Below, in pieces: positions 60,447-64,000 of a stretch of DNA of 64,000 bases; position 1 is the stretch's first letter, and each line of letters starts with the position of its first letter. The position numbers were made by a program, and so were the translations under genes. This DNA is from Acidimicrobiaceae bacterium (GTDB lineage Bacteria; Actinomycetota; Acidimicrobiia; Acidimicrobiales; Aldehydirespiratoraceae), in NCBI GenBank assembly GCA_028820455.1, contig JAPPJC010000081.1, positions 14,807 to 78,806 on the forward strand, in the 5' to 3' direction. The notes under the pieces were generated by a model. The model made no database searches. It was given only the letters and a program-made list of their open reading frames with translations, and was not told the DNA's origin.

Positions 60447-60935
60447 TCAATTGGACTCGGATTGTTTAAGAATCCATTGCATCAGTGGAGTGACCGGCAC
60501 AGCTAAGATTGCGTTTATGGCGGATGCGACCACAATAATCTTGGGAAGTTCCGAGCTCAGTAGATGATTATGTCCTATCAATCCACCCCATATTACGTAT
60601 TGAATCAGTGAAATTGCTGTGGCAGCCATTACTAAAACCACTGTTTGAACTCTAGTGCTAGGGAAAAGTCCTTCCTCGATACTTCCCACTGCGTAAGCCG
60701 ATATCGCAAACGATATAGCAGAAAGCCCCAATGGTGTAGTGAGATAAACATCCCAAAGCAGGCCCACAAAAAATGCTATCAGTGAACCCTTTTGTGATCC
60801 TGCTATCAAACCTGCCATGGCAGCGATCAATGCCATTAATTCAGGAGCGACACCGACAACTTGTATTCTTGTGAATACTGTGAGTTGGGCAGTCAGTACC
60901 ACTATGAACAGGCCGGTAACTTTTAGAAACGTCAC
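60447..60935 (-). CDS. mreD: Rod shape-determining protein MreD
   Basis: 162 aa, 5 TM segments, positioned between mreC and mrdA. Confidence 0.8.
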   Translation of the reverse strand: MTFLKVTGLFIVVLTAQLTVFTRIQVVGVAPELMALIAAMAGLIAGSQKGSLIAFFVGLLWDVYLTTPLGLSAISFAISAYAVGSIEEGLFPSTRVQTVVLVMAATAISLIQYVIWGGLIGHNHLLSSELPKIIVVASAINAILAVPVTPLMQWILKQSESN

Positions 60936-61008
60936 GGTAGTGCCCTAGCTACCGACGGTAAACCACTCGTTTACGGCAAGTACACAAGCCAAAGAAACAC
61001 TCTAGTTA

Positions 61009-61953
61009 CTATGGTGCGTCTTGTTCGGGTAAGACATTTGCCGGTGGAAGGTTGTCCATCGGTGTGATATCACCGAATGGTGAGTTCGAGTTGCTTGGTG
61101 GTAAATCATCGGGTTCTTCTAGTAGAACTGTTATAAAATTAAGATCGCCTGTATCTACTGCCAATTCAATTGTAACTATTTGCACCAAACCCGCTTTAGC
61201 CGATTCCACAGATTCAATTCGTCCAATTGGAATGTTCGCGGGATAACGGCTAGTTGCTGCGGTTATCACCGGGCTACCAATTTCAGCCAAATGGGCTCGA
61301 GGATCAACTTCAGGCCATCTCAGACCGGTATCCACCACAAATCGAGTGTGATCACCCGCTACCCCATGTCCAAGTCCGACCTCGTTAGTGCTTACCAGCC
61401 GAACACTTATAGTAAGTTCAGGGTTGCTGATAGTGGTCACTATGCTGTGATCTGCTCCGACTGTTCTTATGGTACCTACCATTCCGGCTCCTGTGACTAC
61501 AGCCATGCCCGGCACTAATCCATCGCTGTGGCCTTTGTCGATGACTATCGTGTTGTCATTGAAATTACCGGTATTATCACGCAAAACCAAAGCGGTTAGT
61601 CGTTCGATATCGGTAATGTAGTCGATATCGATAGCTTCGAGTGCTTGCCTGTAAGTCTCACGAACAGTTTCGTCCTGTATAGCGGCTCCCTCGAGACGAT
61701 CAATTTCAGCACGCAACTCGTAATTGACACGTCGTAAGTGGCTGCCCCCGAAAGTGGCAGCCCAGACATCACTTACAGAGTTCAGGCCTGAATTACCCAC
61801 GGATATAACCGGATGAAGAAGATCACGTACGCCGCTTTGCAGTTTTTCCAATGGTTCGTAATCCCGAAAGTCCAAAGTCATGAACGCCACAGCTGTGAAA
61901 ATCAACAGACCTAGACGCAATCGAGACCGGCCGCGTCCTGGTAGGACCGGCAT
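61009..61953 (-). CDS. mreC: Rod shape-determining protein MreC
   Basis: 314 aa. An N-terminal anchor and coiled-coil are followed by beta domains (GLVPGMAVVTGAGMVGTI, SRYPANIPIGRI). Confidence 0.88.
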   Translation of the reverse strand: MPVLPGRGRSRLRLGLLIFTAVAFMTLDFRDYEPLEKLQSGVRDLLHPVISVGNSGLNSVSDVWAATFGGSHLRRVNYELRAEIDRLEGAAIQDETVRETYRQALEAIDIDYITDIERLTALVLRDNTGNFNDNTIVIDKGHSDGLVPGMAVVTGAGMVGTIRTVGADHSIVTTISNPELTISVRLVSTNEVGLGHGVAGDHTRFVVDTGLRWPEVDPRAHLAEIGSPVITAATSRYPANIPIGRIESVESAKAGLVQIVTIELAVDTGDLNFITVLLEEPDDLPPSNSNSPFGDITPMDNLPPANVLPEQDAP

Positions 61954-61965
61954 ATTAAAGCGAAA

Positions 61966-63027
61966 TCAGTAGCTGTTTGTGGATATCACAGAATCTGACA
62001 ATCTTTCAAGGTTTTCAAGTATCTGGCCTGAGCCTCTTACCACTGAAGTAAGCGGATCATGAGCCACAGTAACCGGAATGCCAGTTTCATTAGCCACTAG
62101 TTGATCCAAGCCGCGGAGCAAAGCACCTCCACCAGTTAGCATTATGCCTTTTTCCATGATGTCAGCTGCTAGTTCCGGTGGTGTGTCGTCTAATGTACTG
62201 CACACAGCGTCACAAATATCGTTGACTGGTTCTTGTATACCCATACGAACATCAACAGTAGTAATCGTCGATGTTCTGGGCAATCCGGTGGTGAGATCCA
62301 TACCTCGAATCTCAGCTTGCATCTCCTGTTCAAGTGGATAAGCCGATCCGAGAGTCATCTTGATCTGCTCAGCTGTGCGTTCACCAACCATTAAAGACAA
62401 CTCTTTCTTAATGTACTGCATGATCGCTTCGTCTATTTCATCACCACCGACTCTTGTAGATTTATTGGTAACGATCCCACCCAGAGAGATGACAGCCACT
62501 TCCGTGGTGCCACCCCCGATGTCCACAATCATGTTGCCGACAGGTTCCCATACTTTCATATTGCTACCGATAGCGGCAGCCATTGGTTCTTCGATGATCT
62601 TGACCGGTCGTCTAGCTCCTGCATACTCGGCAGCTTCCTGAACTGCTCGTTGCTCCACCCCGGTAATACCTGATGGCACTGCTATCACCATGCGTGGTTT
62701 GATCCACCGGCGATGATTCATGGATTGTATGAAGTAACGCAGCATTTCTTCACACATGTCGAAGTCGGCTATAACGCCATCACGTAGTGGCCTTACCGCA
62801 CGAACATGTTTCGGTGTACGGCCCACCATATCTTTGGCTTCAGAACCCACTGACAGTACCTTACGACTTTGTGTGTCAACTGCTACAACCGATGGTTCGT
62901 TGAGTACCACTCCTTTGCCCCGTGAGTACATAACAGTGTTAGCAGTACCCAGATCAAGGGCTATATCATTACCAATCACAGACGCCAGAACATCAAGCAT
63001 GTTCTGAGGCTTCATCTTGTATCTCAT
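61966..63027 (-). CDS. mreB: Rod shape-determining actin homologue MreB
   Basis: DIALDLGTANTVMY, DIGGGTTEVAV and GIMLTGGGALLRGL. The start could be any of three ATGs (63027, 63015, 63000). Confidence 0.95.
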   Translation of the reverse strand: MRYKMKPQNMLDVLASVIGNDIALDLGTANTVMYSRGKGVVLNEPSVVAVDTQSRKVLSVGSEAKDMVGRTPKHVRAVRPLRDGVIADFDMCEEMLRYFIQSMNHRRWIKPRMVIAVPSGITGVEQRAVQEAAEYAGARRPVKIIEEPMAAAIGSNMKVWEPVGNMIVDIGGGTTEVAVISLGGIVTNKSTRVGGDEIDEAIMQYIKKELSLMVGERTAEQIKMTLGSAYPLEQEMQAEIRGMDLTTGLPRTSTITTVDVRMGIQEPVNDICDAVCSTLDDTPPELAADIMEKGIMLTGGGALLRGLDQLVANETGIPVTVAHDPLTSVVRGSGQILENLERLSDSVISTNSY

Positions 63028-63233
63028 GTTGTTTATCGGAACTCATTCGGTCGGTTGAACTTGTCAACAACTCATAGCGTAATAACTAACGACTACATAA
63101 AGTGTACCCGAGTTTAGTGTTTTGGGCTATGTGAGATAAAAAGTCCAGCTTCATAAATCGTTTCACCATCGGTGGAAAAGTTAGTCGACAGATTCAGCAA
63201 CAATGCCATTACATTGATGGTAACAGTCATCTG

Positions 63234-63339
63234 TTGATTGTCATTGACTCTCACTCCAACTGTGAGTCAATGACAATCAAGTTTGTTCGGGGTTGATCGA
63301 CGGCTCGGGTGGTGTGACTATTACTCCAACCGTCGATCA
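63234..63339 (-). other. Two consecutive strong hairpins between ndk and mreB sharing the loop motif ACTCCAAC (plus-strand reading)
   Basis: The first hairpin has a 17-bp perfect stem, 63234-63250/63264-63280, with a 13-nt loop. The second has a 10-bp perfect stem, 63294-63303/63330-63339, with a 26-nt loop, and begins 5 nt after the ndk stop. No U-tracts are present. Confidence 0.5.
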
Positions 63340-63343
63340 TTGA

Positions 63344-63760
63344 TTAACGGTTATTCGAATCAGGAAAAAATATCTTGATTTCGCGTTCTGCAGATTCAGC
63401 TGAGTCACTACCATGCACTAGATTTTCGGTTAGCTGTGTTGCCAGGTCGCCACGAATAGTTCCTGGTGCAGCTTCCTGAGGGTTGGTAGCACCTAGCATT
63501 TCGCGTACTATACGCCAAGTTTCTTTTGGTCCTTCTACGATTGCCACGAATACCGGCCCACGGGTCATGAACTCTTCTAATTCACCATAAAACGGCTTGT
63601 TGATGTGTTCACTGTAATGGCTGGCTAACGTGCTGGGGTCGAGCAAACGCAGATCAGCTGCGGCCAATGTCAGGCCTTTACGCTCAAAGCGGCTGATGAT
63701 TTCACCCACTAAGCCACGTTCAACAGCGTCAGGTTTGCATATGATTAAAGTCTGTTTCAT
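63344..63760 (-). CDS. ndk: Nucleoside diphosphate kinase
   Basis: 138 aa with [10 protein letters not shown] and NLVHGSDS (active-site His). Confidence 0.95.
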   Translation of the reverse strand: MKQTLIICKPDAVERGLVGEIISRFERKGLTLAAADLRLLDPSTLASHYSEHINKPFYGELEEFMTRGPVFVAIVEGPKETWRIVREMLGATNPQEAAPGTIRGDLATQLTENLVHGSDSAESAEREIKIFFPDSNNR

Positions 63761-63809
63761 GATCCGCTTCTGTTATCGGGTCTCATTGGCCTCTTAATTT
63801 TAGTGGCCT

Positions 63810-64000
63810 ACTATCGTATCAGCTAGTGTTGCTTTAACTGCTCCTACAACTGTGAAGGAGCCACACACCAACACAGAATCCTCCGGTTGGGCCGAAGCTA
63901 CTGCCCGTTGAAAGGCTTCAGCAGGATCATCGTATGCCTCAACACTGCTGATTCCTAATCGTTCGGCTATTGCTGCTACTTCAGTTGCCAGTACACCTCG
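63810..64000 (-). CDS. folC: Folylpolyglutamate synthase/dihydrofolate synthase, C-terminal end only (N-terminus beyond window)
   Basis: My minus-strand translation gives ...RGVLATEVAAIAERLGISSVEAYDDPAEAFQRAVASAQPEDSVLVCGSFTVVGAVKATLADTIVGH with a stop at 63812-63810. This is the Mur-ligase C-terminal pattern. folC upstream of ndk is the usual actinobacterial synteny. Confidence 0.6.

Overview
The gene content and synteny indicate a chromosomal segment from an actinobacterium. Supporting blocks are ahcY-manA-trm112-pmm, cofD/cofE next to manC, polA-rpsA-coaE-uvrB, a mycothiol-type formaldehyde dehydrogenase with an MBL hydrolase, carD, DUF3039, DUF3048 and DUF5719. The presence of mreBCD-mrdA-rodA and a moderate GC content (judged by eye) suggest an Acidimicrobiia-like lineage; that placement is inference only. 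About 55 protein genes and 3 tRNAs can be supported. The centre of the window (about 19.6-37 kb) is a cell-envelope glycan cluster. It carries GDP-L-fucose and probable GDP-D-rhamnose synthesis, manC, galE, three GT4 enzymes, and a giant GT2-membrane fusion followed by DUF5719. The F420 genes cofD and cofE are embedded in this cluster. I recognise no integrase, transposase, cas gene, toxin-antitoxin pair, phage gene or known defence gene. The most unusual signal is not a gene. It is a set of short X-Y-X micro-duplications: 29-35 bp direct repeats flanking a 30-44 bp unique core, with a period of 65-73 bp. All of them sit in promoter-type intergenic regions, and three are inside the glycan cluster. 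There is also one perfect in-frame 51-bp duplication inside manC. In one module (45974-46073) the 30-bp core is an exact copy of the 3' half of the tRNA-Arg(CCT) gene located 38 kb away. Other points worth a second look are a FabD fused to a lysine-less biotinyl/lipoyl-like domain, a C-rich 490-bp non-coding tract between polA and tRNA-Leu, a 1045-aa putative GT-C-type membrane protein translationally coupled to pmm, and several enzymes with altered catalytic motifs. All calls come from reading the sequence and ORF translations, and no database search was possible.
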